From NCBI GenBank assembly GCA_002269645.1, contig NIVC01000926.1, positions 340,290 through 404,289 of the forward strand: a stretch of 64,000 nucleotides of DNA. The letters run 5' to 3'. Positions within the stretch are counted from its first letter, which is position 1. Every line of letters starts with the position of its first letter. Of the stretch, positions 1 through 12,996 are shown in pieces. The notes under the pieces are model-generated. The model saw nothing but the letters and a program-made list of their open reading frames with translations, did not search any database and was not told the DNA's origin. The DNA comes from Macrostomum lignano (lineage: Eukaryota). Made by a program: the position numbers and the translations under genes.

Positions 1-803
1 TTCAGATGCTGAGAATCGGGATTCAGATGCTGAAAATCAGGATTCAGGTACTGAGAATCGGGATTCAGATGCTGAAAATCAGGATTCAGGTACTGAGAAT
101 CGGGATTCAGATGCTGAAAATCAGGATTCAGGTACTGAGAATCGGGATTCAGATGCTGAAAATCAGGATTCAGGTACTGAGAATCGGGATTCAGATGCTG
201 AAAATCAGGATTCAGGTACTGAGAATCGGGATTCAGATGCTGAAAATCAGGATTCAGGTACTGAGAATCGGGATTCAGATGCTGAAAATCAGGATTCAGG
301 TACTGAGAATCGGGATTCAGATGCTGAAAATCAGGATTCAGGTACTGAGAATCGGGATTCAGATGCTGAAAATCAGGATTCAGGTACTGAGAATCGGGAT
401 TCAGATGCTGAAAATCAGGATTCAGATGCTGAGAATCGGGATTCAGATGCTGAAAATCAGGATTCAGGTACTGAGAATCGGGATTCAGATGCTGAAAATC
501 AGGATTCAGGTACTGAGAATCGGGATTCAGATGCTGAAAATCAGGATTCAGGTACTGAGAATCGGGATTCAGATGCTGAAAATCAGGATTCAGATGCTGA
601 GAATCGGGATTCAGATGCTGAAAATCAGGATTCAGATGCTGAGAATCGGGATTCAGATGCTGAAAATCAGGATTCAGGTACTGAGAATCGGGATTCAGAT
701 GCTGAAAATCAGGATTCAGGTACTGAGAATCGGGATTCAGATGCTGAAAATCAGGATTCAGGTACTGAGAATCGGGATTCAGATGCTGAAAATCGGGATT
801 CAG
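1..803. repeat. Intronic minisatellite, 42-bp unit made of two related 21-mers (ttcagatgctgaaaatcagga + ttcaggtactgagaatcggga)
   Basis: Direct tandem periodicity; explains ORF 6..923. Lies in the last visible hexokinase intron. Confidence 0.95.
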
Positions 804-855
804 CTGATACATTTCTCAAGCTATAAAAGGGCAGCAAAAAGCGCCTCAAGTTCAC

Positions 856-3800
856 CTCGTAATCGGGGCACAATTCCTGCACTTTGCGTGTCATTCGCTC
901 GGGAAAGTGCGGATGAAACTTGAACAGCGATCCGTCGATGCCAACAGTCACGTGACCGCTAGGCTTAATCCGTTTCAACAACGAGGCGATGCCCGTAGCA
1001 ACCAGAAAAGCGGACCTGGTCGAAACGGCCTCGCAAATGCTCCGAACGATGACAGCTTCGATGGGATGGACAAGCTTCAAGCCCAAGTCAACAGTGAGCA
1101 GCTGGTCCGTGCTGTAGTAGTGCTTTGGCGGATCTCTCTCAATCTCGCTCAGGTATTTGGTCAGAAAGGTCATGGGCTGTACAAGGGACTCGGGCATGCG
1201 GCCGCCAAATATGATGCCATCATCCACTAGGGATTTGATAGCTAAGCGAACTATTTCGCCAAGGTACATGCCGCTGATGAGCTTCTCGAACACCTGAGTT
1301 GGAAAGGAATGGGGGGTGTTCGAACAGGCTTATTAAGTAACATAAATACAAATTTGGAAAGTAGAAACAAACATCCCCACAGTAGAATCCCATATCCAAA
1401 AGTACTCAGAAAAACTTAAATCTCCACAGTAGAATCCCTAATCCCAAAGTAGAATCCCACATCCCAACATTAGAATACCACATCCCTAGGGTAGAACCCC
1501 ACATCCCTACAGTAGAATCCCACATCCCTACGGTAGAATCCCACATCCCTACAGTAGAATCTCACATCCATACGGTAGAATCCCACATCCCTACAGTAGA
1601 ATCTCACATCCATACGGTAGAATCCCACATCCCTACAGTAGAATCTCACATCCCTACGGTAGAATCCCACATCTCTACAGTAGAATCCCACATCCCTACA
1701 GTAGAATCCCACATCCCTACGGTAGAATCCCACATCCCTAGGGTAGAATCCCACATCCCTACAGTAGAATCCCACATCCCTACAGTAGAATCTCACATCC
1801 ATACGGTAGAATCCCACATCCCTACAGTAGAATCTCACATCCCTACGGTAGAATCCCACATCCCTACAGTAGAATCTCACATCCCTACGGTAGAATCTCA
1901 TCCCTACGGTAGAATCCCACACCCCTACAGCAGAATCCCACATCCCCACAGCAGAATCCCGTACAGCGAAGAGGTTAAATGGGGACATACCAAATCCCCG
2001 CAGTGGAATCCTAAACTACACGCACCTGAAACCCCGGATTAAGACTCTTCTTATCGATCTCCCTATCAAAGTCGGTTTGGAACCGGTCCAAGCAGCCGTC
2101 GGCTCCGAAGTTGCCCCACTCTGTGTTGACAACCACCGGACCGTCCGGGCCGCCGTCGGACACTCCGGCCAGACTGTCCGAGTACCGCTCCATAGACGAG
2201 CGTCTCTCAACGTAGGCGGCATTGGAGCCCGTGCCAACGATGGCTGCAATTTGGCAGCGAGGATCTTCCAGGGCGCAGGAGGCCAGCGTGCCGACCGTGT
2301 CGTTGACCAGAGCGACGCAGACGATCGGCAAAGCTGCCTTGTCGATGGCTTCCTGGAAAGTTTGCCGGATTTAACTAAATGTTTACTAGTAATCGAGATC
2401 CCAGTTCAGACCCTGTTGATCCCGATTCTGACCCTATTGATCCCGATTCTGATCCTGTTGATCCCGATTCTGATCCTGTTGATCCCGATTCTGATCGTGT
2501 TTATCCCGTTTCTGATCCTGTCGATCCCGATTCTGATCCTGTTTATCCCGATTCTGATCCTGTTTATCCCGATTCTGATCCTTTTTATCCCGATTCTGAT
2601 CCTGTTTATCCCGATTCTGATCCTTTTTATCCCGATTCTGATCCTGTTTATCCCGATTCTGATCCTGTTTATCCCGATTCTGATCCTGTTGATCCCGATT
2701 CTGATTATTGATCCCGATTCTAATGTTATTGATCCCGATTCTGATCCTGTTGATCCCGATTCTGATTATTGATCCCGATTCTGATCCTGTTGATCCCGAT
2801 TCTGATCCTGTTGATCCAGATTCTGGCCGTGTTGATCCAGATTCTGGCCCTGTTGATCCCGATTCTGATCCTGTTTATCCCGATTCTGATCCTGTTTATC
2901 CCGATTCTGATCCTGTTTATCCCGATTCTGATCCTTTTTATCCCGATTCTGATCCTTTTTATCCCGATTCTGATCCTGTTTATCCCGATTCTGATCCTGT
3001 TGATCCCGATTCTGATTATTGATCCCGATTCTAATGTTATTGATCCCGATTCTGATCCTGTTGATCCCGATTCTGATTATTGATCCCGATTCTGATCCTG
3101 TTGATCCCGATTCTGATCCTGTTGATCCAGATTCTGGCCGTGTTGATCCAGATTCTGGCCCTGTTGATCCCGATTCTGATCCTGTTGATCCCGATTCTGA
3201 TGTTATTGATCCCGATTCTGATCTCGTTGATCCCGATTCTGATCCTGTTGATCCCGATTATGACCCTGTTGATCCCGATTCGGACCCTGTTGATCCCGAT
3301 TCTAATCATATTGATCCCGATTCTGATCCTGATTAAGCTTAAATCTGCAAAATTGGTTTCGCTCACCTGCAGCAGCTTGCAGACATCATGGCCCACAACC
3401 CCTTTAGCCGCAAAGCCTTTAGTCCACATAATCAAACTGCCGCTGCTCAGCCCGTGCTGTTCAACAGGGAAGGAGAAGGTGAAGCCCAGCTTCAATCGCT
3501 CGCCATCAGGTCCGGCAGACAGTTGATTAGCTTGCAAAAAATCCCGAAGAGTTCCAGCAATGAAGGTAAAAAGGGCGGCACCATCGCCGAGCATCAGCTC
3601 CTGAGAGTTTGATATAAAATTAAGTTGAGTGTCTATTTATGCTACTTCAAGTAGCAATGAAAACATTCTAGAAATAAAAACTGAAAAAATATAGTAGCTA
3701 AAATTAATTGAAGCTCTAAAATTGTAAGCTACTGAAAGTAGACATGCATGACTAGCTAGTTTGCGAGTTCGCACCTGCGGAACGGCGTACACGTCTTCGA

Positions 3801-5948
3801 GTATCTCCGGCTCCTGGTCGCTGCCACGCAGTCGGACCAGCAGCACGCGATAGTTTGTGCCGCCCAAATCTAGCGCCAGGTAGTCGCCAGTCTCGCTACC
3901 AGCCGGCAGTTTGGTCACGTAGGAACAGAGCATTTTCACGGCCGGCTTCGGCCCGCCCGAGGCTTTGAGTCCGGCTTCGAAACTTGACGCCATCAGGTCG
4001 CCGATGGCTTTGTAATCGTCTGTGCTCAGACTGAGACTGGCTATGATGGAGCGGGCCTGTGCGGGTAAGCGGGTTGGACAGGTATTCCTTGAGTGAGTGA
4101 CAAGATCCCGAAGCCCGCTACTGAGAATCTGACAAGATCCCAAAGCCTTGAATGACAAGATCCCGAAGCCTTGAGAGACAAGATCCCAAAGCCTTGAGAG
4201 ACAAGATCCCAAAGCCTTGAATGACAAGATCCCAAAGCCTTGAGAGACAAGATCCAAAGCCTTGAATGACAAGATCCAAAGCTTTGAATGACAAGATCCC
4301 AAAGCCTTGAGAGACAAGATCCAAAGCCTTGAATGACAAGATCACAAAGCCTTGAGAGACAAGATCCCAAAGCTTTGAATGACAAGATCCCAAAGCCTTG
4401 AATGACAAGATCCAAAGCCTTGAATGACAAGATTCCAAAGCCTTGAGTGACAAGATCCAAAGCCTTGAGAGACAAGATCCCAAAGCCTTGAGAGACAAGA
4501 TCCAAAGCCTTGAATGACAAGATCCAAATTCCAAAGCCTTGAGAGACAAGATCCCGAATCCTCTAGTGACAAGATCCCGAATTCTCGAGTGACAAGATCC
4601 CGAATCCTCTAGTGACAAGATCCCGAATCCTCTAGTGACAAGATCCCGAATCCTCTAGTGACAAGATCCCGAATCATTAAGTGGCAAAATGTACGTAAAA
4701 CGCAAAACTGACAATAGATAAACATGTAAGTGACTTCGCATTCTAAAAATAACCCAATTAACAGGTCTGTTTATCAGCCTGGAAAAGGCAAGGTACAATC
4801 ACACACGTATAATAAAACAATCTTTAGACTTTAGACTCTTTTTTTATGATGTCTGTCAATGTATGACCAATAATAAAACTCCAACTCTTATCTTGAGTGG
4901 GTGCAAAGGTCTAAAACCTGTTTTAACTGCCGGTACAGACCTCAGCTTGATAGAGGAATCTATTTTTAAGAAAATTCCGACTTCGATAAACTTCATTTAC
5001 ACGTAGTACCTACCCAACTAATTGACAAAAAGGACGTTAAAAAAACCTACAACTCGCCCACAAACCATTAAACTCTGCGTAACACAGACTTAGTCACATG
5101 ATATAGTTCCTTTAGTTTGTATAAACAGTAAGTTGTAACAAAAATTTGTTAGTAACCAACTAGCTTGTGTCATATAGGGAACTGATGTGTCATAGACAGC
5201 TTGTGTCATACATAGGGAACTGATGTCATATACAGCTTGTGTCATATAGGGAACTGATGTGTCATACTGTCATAGACAGCTTGTGTCATATAGGGAACTG
5301 ATGTGTCATAGACAGCTTGTGTCATAGGGAACTGATGTGTCATAGACAGCTTGTGTCATAGGGAACTGATGTGTCATATGGAACTGATGTGTCATAAACA
5401 GCTTGTGTCATAGGGAACTGATGTGTCATAGACAGCTTGTGTCATATATAGGGAACTGATGTGTCATAAACAGCTTGTGTCATATAGGGAACTAATTTGT
5501 CATAGACAGCTTGTGTTATATAGGGAACTGATGTGTCATAGACAGCTTGTGTTATATAGGGAACTGATGTTTCATAGACAGCTTGTGTTATATAGGGAAC
5601 TGATGTGTCATAGAATAGGCAGCTTGTGTCATATATAGGGAACTGATGTGTCATAAACAGCTTGTGTCATATAGGGAACTGATGTGTCATAAACAGCTTG
5701 TGTCATATAGGGAACTGATGTGTCATAAACAGCTTGTGTCATATAGGGAACTGATGTGTCATAGACAGCTTGTGTTATATAGGGAACTGATGTGTCATAG
5801 ACAGCTTGTGTCATACTGATGTGTCATAGACAGCTTGTATTATAGGAAACTGATGCCATAGTCAAAATTAACAGCACCATTAAGAGATTTTTAATCTCAC
5901 CTTTTCTGGCAGCTCGGGAGTTTTCTTGTGTGTTTCCAGCACTTCCAT
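856..5948 (-). CDS. HK: Hexokinase, single-domain (~50 kDa) type. Exons 5948-5901, 4056-3775, 3600-3367, 2352-2026, 1293-856; last exon lies beyond position 1
   Basis: Motifs [12 protein letters not shown] (ATP), [11 protein letters not shown] (sugar), [51 protein letters not shown]. All junctions are GT-AG, phase 0, and join to 443 in-frame codons starting [16 protein letters not shown]|ARSIIASL. Confidence 0.95.
1375..2010. repeat. Intronic minisatellite, 21-bp unit gtagaatcccacatccctac(a/g)
   Basis: Tandem copies between hexokinase exons; explains ORF 1470..1988. Confidence 0.95.
2395..3333. repeat. Intronic minisatellite, 21-bp unit gatcccgattctgatcctgtt with higher-order blocks
   Basis: Tandem copies; explains the DPDSDPV/IPILILL ORFs. 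Confidence 0.95.
4098..4675. repeat. Intronic minisatellite, ~23-bp unit gacaagatcccaaagccttga(ga/at)
   Basis: Tandem copies in hexokinase intron 4057-5900. Confidence 0.93.
5160..5860. repeat. Intronic minisatellite, ~36-bp unit atagggaactgatgtgtcatagacagcttgtgtcat
   Basis: Tandem copies in the same intron. Confidence 0.93.
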
Positions 5949-8900
5949 ACCGTTGTAGTTCCTCCTGAAAATCATTATGTAAACAATAATTTTAATTACA
6001 ACAAAACTGCTATGGTTGTAGTTGGATTAAAAATGAAGCTGACAAAATGCTTCACTGTACTTCGAAATTTAAGTTAATGCGACACAGTACACTTTGCGCA
6101 TAGGCACTGAGCTGCTCATACAAAATAATCGGAACAGACAGACAGACTATCAATAACTGCGAGTTACTTAGTGCAGACAAACTGTTGCAGATTACTGTAA
6201 GACACTGGGCAAGGTGTTTAACCTGCTAACAAAATAATGTTTTGCAGTAGACACACGCAAACCAACTATTAGGCAGTTTAATGATTCGTTGCCCTTTCAG
6301 GCCTGGTATTATGTTGCAGACGAAAATACAAGTAAGCTCGTGAGAAATTAATACTGCGTTGTGGCACAGACATTTAGTACTGTGTTAGGGCACACAGACA
6401 CGCACAGACACACTTGTTATATTCAGACCAACTTTTAGCTTAATTATTTAATAAATTAACTGTAATCTCTGAGATATGAGCTGCTGGAATATTGGGGCTT
6501 CTTCGATTTTGGGGTCACTGTGCAATTTACACTCCTGAGGACCAACCCCAAGGCATAGAGTTCACATGCCTGCACTAATTAGAAATTCTGGGCCATATTT
6601 GAATGCATATTTGACAAAGTATTTAATTAAAAACACTAATTTCATAGAGAAATTACCTGACCCTAACTGTACCAAGGCACCAGGTCAGAGGAAACAACTA
6701 ACTTCCCAAAGATAGGCACTAAACATAATTATTACTCACTTCAATAACTTAGGGGGAATATATTATATAGAATAGTGATTGCTGAGTCAGTATAGCTGAA
6801 AATAATCAGGTGGCAAAGCAAACAATGATAAAAAAATTTGTTTAAATTGATTTGTTAATTTTAATTTAATAGTTGCATTAGTGATTGCATGGTAAATTTA
6901 TAACTAAGATTATTTAAAGTGCAATTTTTATCTACTATAAATATTTTGCTAGCTGAAATGCATGTCAGATAGTAACCTTAAAAAGCAACCAATTAATCAA
7001 TAACTTACATTTTCCAAAGTGCAGAGATTTCAAGCTGATTATTAAATAGAATATGTAGATCACAAGGACATGAAATTGAAAGTTTATAATTAATTTATAT
7101 ATACAAATTTATTTGATTGGTGTATAGAATGGTGTATATTGATATGAATAATTCTAAAAATGGGCCTATTTTTACAATAATTTTATGTGAAATAGCAATG
7201 ATTTCCCAATGTTGTTTTCTTTATTCCTTTTTTATCTTCTATCTCTTTTTGTTTCTATTGTTCTTTTCATTTTGAATAGAGTTCAAAATGAAGAGTTCAA
7301 ACTCTTTCATAGTTATGAATATGGCTATGGAAGCATATGGATATAGAAGTTTTAGATAGAACATATAGATACAGATATGGTTATAGGAACAAATATTTCC
7401 CATATCTAGTTCTTATATTGAGGCCACTCAATAACTTAGAGAGTCAAGCAATATAGATGTTTGAAAATAAATGCATTTTGTTGTTGGGTTAGTAGGGGTT
7501 AAAGTTAAGATGAATGTCTTTATTTTCAATGTGAAGGAAGCTCATAAGTCCCTAGGGTGGGGGATTCAAGCAATAGAGATGTTTGACACCAAATACACAT
7601 TATAGTTAAGATAGTAAAGACTCAAGTTAAGCTAAATTAAGCAAATAAAAAGCTGCCTAGTATTTGCCACCATCAACGAAGGTTAAACTACAAAAATTCA
7701 AGAGCCTTTTGCTGCCCAATCTTCCTGGGAACCAACTGATTAGCAGGCCATTATTTTACTTTACTTAAACATTACAAGAACAGATATATGGGGAGACAAG
7801 GAAAAAAAAGAGAGAGAAAAGGAGAAAAGGGAGAATGGAAAAAGAAGAGAGATTAGAGAAGAAAAAGAAAAGAAATAAGAAGGGAAAAGGGAAAAGGGAA
7901 AAGAATGATCAAGTTGATAGACATTAGACATTGAATATCATAGATACATTCTGCACTATCTATATAATACCATTCAAAACTTCATTATGCATTCTTGCAA
8001 CTAGGCATATAATAGCCAATAGCAAAAGTCCCAGTGTCCTATCTATGGCATTCTTGCCAAGTGTTGCTAGCAGGTGGCATATTGCAAATATATGCCTAGC
8101 AGGAAAGTTATAAAAATTTTATTGGCTAGCCTATTGATTGGATATAGGTATAGATATATTATAGGAAAAAAATCAGGATATAGTTAGGCCTATGTTATAT
8201 TATATAGTGACCTTTGTGAAAGTTTGATATACATGTAGTATGACTTATTTATTTCTAGAAATTTCTCCATAAGGGGCCTAGAATGCAAATTAAATTCTAG
8301 AAAGTTCGCTTATGTTAGGCCTAAGTAATTTTAATACTTGTATTATACTTAGGTCATTATAGGCCTAGTTACAGATATAGATATAGGCATAAAAAATTGG
8401 GGCAATCTTCAAGTTTCGTTCGTTTAATTATTTCCGGAATTATTTCGCCCTCTATTCAAGGGTGGTGGGGGGTGGGTGTTGGAATTAAACGAACGAAACT
8501 TGAAGATTGCCAAAATTGGCTATGGCAAAACTCAAATATTAGACTTAATGGCCTAGTTAATGAGTTTTAAAATATTAAATAGGCCTAGCTTTATAGACAA
8601 GGCCTAGTTATCAGTCTTTCTAAGTCTAGTCTAGAAAGGTCAAGTTCACAACCTAAGCCTTAGGCTAAGGTTATCAAAATGAATATAAAATTAAGACATC
8701 ATATGCTATAATATATAGTTAGGCCTAGACTAACAATAACATGTCTAAATAGTAGGGCGTAGGCCCTAATAATAATTTTAAGTTTATTTGGACTATGCCT
8801 ACTAGACCTTGACCATTGACCAGCAGTTTTTCCAGTTTGAATTAATGAATTAATTGTAAATTGGTAGGCCCTATTGGGCTTATTGTTAAAATATAGAAAA

Positions 8901-11004
8901 AAAATACATTTAATTTAATTGACAGAGGGCCTAGTTTTTAATTTTATATAGGCCTAGTCGAGCTAGAGCCTAATCATAGGGCCTAATATCAAATGATCTT
9001 GATCTGCCTGCTTTTTAGTTTTGGTCTATCCAAAATTTGGTAAATACTAAATTAATAACACTTTCATAAATACTAATAATATAATTATTAATATTACTAA
9101 TGCGGGTAATAATGACCAGTATTTTCTTGAACCGTGATCCAGTTAGCTGTTTAAGTAGGCTTGGGCCTAGTTCTATATTATTATTTCCTAGCTATTGAGA
9201 TTTAGCTGCAGGAAATAAAACTTGGCGATAACGTGGTCACTTTAGTCGTAGTGTTTTATTCTGTAGCAGTTGCATCCGCAAGTAAACGCAATCACTATCA
9301 GTCTCAGACCAAAAGATAGATAGGAAGTTGTATAGGTGTAGGCCTACCGTCGTTGCGTGGGTGGGTGTGGCGCGGGGGAGTGTCTTCTTTCTAAGAATGA
9401 CAGGTGGTGGAAGAACGCGCTTAGTGCAAGGTGGCGTCGATGCGAACCAATTCAGTGGAGAGAGACTTTTTTAAATAAATAACTCTAGTTTGAAACAATT
9501 AAAAAAATTATAATTTATTATAAGAAAGATTGCGAAATAGTTAATTATTTAATTATTTTTAATCATTTTATTTTACTTTACAAAAGTTTTACGCGGTTTT
9601 TTAATAAAACTTTTTTCCCGCGACACATACAGACTGTGGGATTGAGAAAAATATCAAGCAGAAACTACATAAATCGCCCCTTGGTAGGAAGGCGCGTCGC
9701 TATAAGAGCGACTCCAGGACGACATAAGTCGAGTTGTTTCGATTGAAAATTCAAGACTTACAATCTACTGCATGGGTTCGGGCTCCTACTGTATCTGTGC
9801 ATTTGATTCACGAATAGGTGACATGTACTTGCCCACTTTACATGCCAAGTACATGACATGGGCTTTAGCCCTTAAAAACCTGTTATATTGAGACCCAGAT
9901 AATATAGCTTGCGTATGGTGCATTTTTGAATATTGGAATTTAATTGAATTGAATAGCTCTTTTTACATGCATGAAAACCAGTATGTACAACCTCGAACTC
10001 CTATTTGACGCTTTGGTAAAAGCTTTACATGTAGAGTATATATCTTATCTTACATGGTAGAGGTTCTGTGCTGCCAGCTGTATACAATTAGTACATGTAA
10101 TATGCATGTACGCTATTACATTCTGACATTTAAAACAATGAGGCAAAACATGTAATGGTACATGTAATAATTAATGCCGGAAGCAATCCTAAAGGGGCGC
10201 CAATAGTATAAATGATGTCTAGGGTGGCTGCACCCCTTCTCTCTTGCGGTGGGGTGGGCGCTCGACCTCGACCTGTCCTATCTCTTGGAACCGCCTCCTG
10301 TCACTTGGGAGCGCCACCTGTCTCTTGCCCGGGTCCCCACTTGTCCGCGTCAAATGTCTATGGCCGGCATGGTATGGAAATTTCAGATCCGATTCGCTCT
10401 TCTCATTAAGCTCCTTGAGCACCATCAGTTCAGGTTGATCACTACGTAAAGCACGATTGACAATTTAGGGTTGTTTAATTCTATAATTCTGAGCCAGGAA
10501 TCCTCGGTGCGATTTAATTATCCTCAAAAGTGAAATACTTTATACCATTACTGGCCTAAAAAAAAACAGAATAATTCTGAAATTGCAACACAGCAATCGA
10601 ATTTACACGAAAAAGATAACTCAAACAAATGAAACGATAGAAGGTCAGGTCAGCTGGGAAACATGTCCTGATAACAATATACATGTAACAGCCACCATCC
10701 AATTCTAAATACAAGACAAGGCAAGATGGCAATGGTAAATAGCATAGCAACCGAGGGGCTAGGCCGGCGGGAGCGCAGCAAGGCAGGGACTTCTGCGATA
10801 TTAACTTACCGGTAAATTTATATCGCAGAAGTTCCTGAGCAAAGGAGCAGAAAATTGAAAAGGACTCATAACTCACCTCCGCCAATCGCTCTAACTCAAA
10901 CAAGGCAAAAGATGAGTCTATGAGAATTTCCCGCGCGAGTTTTTCCCGCTGCGAGTTTCTCCCGCTGCGAGGTTTTGCCGCTGCGAGGTTTTCCCGCCGA
11001 CACA

Positions 11005-11378
11005 GCAACTGACACTCTGGGAAGCTGGCCCAGCAACTGAGGATCTGGAAGGCTATCCCAGCAACTGACACTCTGGGAGGCTGGCCCAGCAACTGACACT
11101 CTGGGAGGCTGGCCCAGCAACTGACACTCTGGGAGGCTGGCCCAGCAACTGAGGATATGGGAGGCTAGCCCAGCAACTGAGGATCTGGGAGGCTGGCCCA
11201 GCAACTGAGGATCTGGGAGGCTGGCCCAGCAACTGAGGATCTGGGAGGCTGGCCCAGCAACTGAGGATCTGGGAGGCTGGCCCAGCAACTGAGGATCTGG
11301 GAGGCTGGCCCAGCAACTGAGGATCTGGGAGGCTGGCCCAGCAACTGAGGATCTGGGAGGCTAGCTCAGCAACTGAGG
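11005..11378. repeat. 28-bp minisatellite cagcaactgaggatctgggaggctggcc (copy 1 of 3 in window), preceded by about four 15-bp ttttcccgctgcgag units at 10930-11000
   Basis: Tandem copies; the same unit recurs at 19.4 kb and 60.1 kb. Confidence 0.93.
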
Positions 11379-12279
11379 GCTTTGGTTGTCAAGTCCTAGG
11401 CAGTGTGAAAAATCAAGCCCATTTGCTGTGACTCTTCTACACAAGCTTTGAGCCAAAGGGTGAGCACCGCTGAATATTTTAAGAATTGCAACCCCAACCC
11501 CCAGCATGCATTTCAATTCGTTTTGCAAAAGAATTAATCTGCTGGGATTAAAACATTTTCAGTGGTTTAGTTTGTCTCTTCTATGCAGAGGTGTTTCTGA
11601 AAATCAAATCGAAATGTTGCTTGATGCAGTCAAAAAATGAGGATTTAATAATTTTTTCTTGTTTCGAAAGGCAGCAATATGACAGTGTGACAATTAGTTA
11701 GCAGTAGGGACACTACCGTTTTAACTGGTTGCTTTAGATTCTGCTGTACGTTGTAATTGTTTCGAGGTGTTCACTACTTAAGAAGCGTGTAAAGTAGTGT
11801 ATTTGGTGCGCTGTACTATTTTTAGCTGGGTTTTAAAAGCTGATTTCTTTATTCATGCTAGGTTGCTTGTTTGATCACTAATTATTAGCAATAAAAATAG
11901 AGAGAAAAAGGCTTGAAATTTGAAAGCAATTGTCTGGTATTTCGGGCATGGCAGACTTACCTACCGGGCGTTCTTTTAGTCCATACATGTATTTTGACAA
12001 GCACTTCTGCAAGAAAAAACTTCCTTTTGTATTTACCTACTCTAAACTTCGAAAACTGATCTCATCTCGCATGGTCTCATTCTTGCACCTTCATCTACCT
12101 ATCTTCTTTGTAAAGCTTTCAGTAAGGTCACCTTGCCCATTACTTCCACTGTTCCTACATAGAATATCCCCATCTCTACAAGCGACTTTCATGCCCCCAA
12201 CGTGGAACTGCACACTCATGTTGGAGCTACATGCAAATTTCAATGTTTTTCTCGCATAGTCCGAAAATTTTCTACTAAG

Positions 12280-12996
12280 TTAGTTGAGACAGAACTTGAC
12301 CCAGTCGGCGCTCGTCTCGATCTCCTCCTCCACCTGAGCGTCGGTGAACAGCAGCAGGCGGCAGGCTCTCAGCTTGCTGTTGTACAGCACGTGTCTGCAG
12401 TTTCCATTGCGCATGGCGGCCGCTGTGCACTCGATAGCGCTGCTCACGTCCGTCACGTCTTTGAAGCAGTACTTGGAGTTGTACTGCACTCGCTTGAACT
12501 CAGCGGCTCTCCAGATGGCGACAGACGGCTTTCGGACGCTCGTCTCGCTAGCAAACTCGCAGACAAACCCGGCAGAGAAGCTGCAGGATGTGTCGGCAAG
12601 TCGGCCGGAGGTTTCGGACAGTCGCAGGCAGTCGTCTCCGCTTGGCTCACCCGACTTGAACACGGAATTGTCCTCCGGAAGCTGTCCTCTGCCATTAACC
12701 CTCTGCCAGCCGGACCTGCTGTGGCCTCTTTCATCCGGCAGGTCGCTCACTCAAACCCACAGGTTGCAGTTGGCGCTCGGAATTTCGTTGCTAGCCAGCA
12801 GCTGCAGCGAGCTGTACGAGTTGACTAGCTCGCCCTTGATCGCGGCGCACTGCCGGTTGGCCTCGCACCAGCTGTGACTCTGAGCTGTGCTCACGAACAG
12901 GCATTTTTCTGCCTCGAGTTTGAATGGAGCTGGGCACGGTTGAGCCCATAGCAACACAGGCTGGCTGCACAGGTAGAACAGGAGCAGTAGGAGCAT
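12280..12996 (-). pseudogene. Secreted C-type-lectin-like + PAN/apple-like protein with in-frame TGA at 12753-12751 (W-V-*-V-S-D)
   Basis: Signal peptide MLLLLLFYLCSQPVLLWA; CTLD cysteine pattern (C..CL..WCEANRQC..LWV..C..C..FVCE). ORFs 12751..12996 and 12280..12750 share one frame. Both paralogs have GGA (Gly) at the stop position. Confidence 0.8.

Noticed and set aside
6-923. 305-aa ORF, and the many similar periodic ORFs (DPDSDPV, LEPQRSSH, IYLS, LLGRHPC, SLPDPQLLGQPP)
   Set aside because: They are translations of intronic or intergenic mini/microsatellites whose units lack stops in some frame; they fall between phase-consistent exons of real genes or have no splice or start support.
6600-8150. 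AT-rich stretch with short ORFs and a degenerate ~70-bp duplication (7440-7640)
   Set aside because: No recognisable protein motif in any frame I read; treated as ordinary intronic or intergenic DNA.
10249-10449. Neuropeptide precursor suggested by GKR sites (here on the minus strand and at ~58630)
   Set aside because: Single sites, no signal peptide and no repeated peptide units.
12751-12753. TGA as selenocysteine
   Set aside because: The aligned residue in both paralogs is Gly (GGA), one substitution away; no SECIS was recognised.
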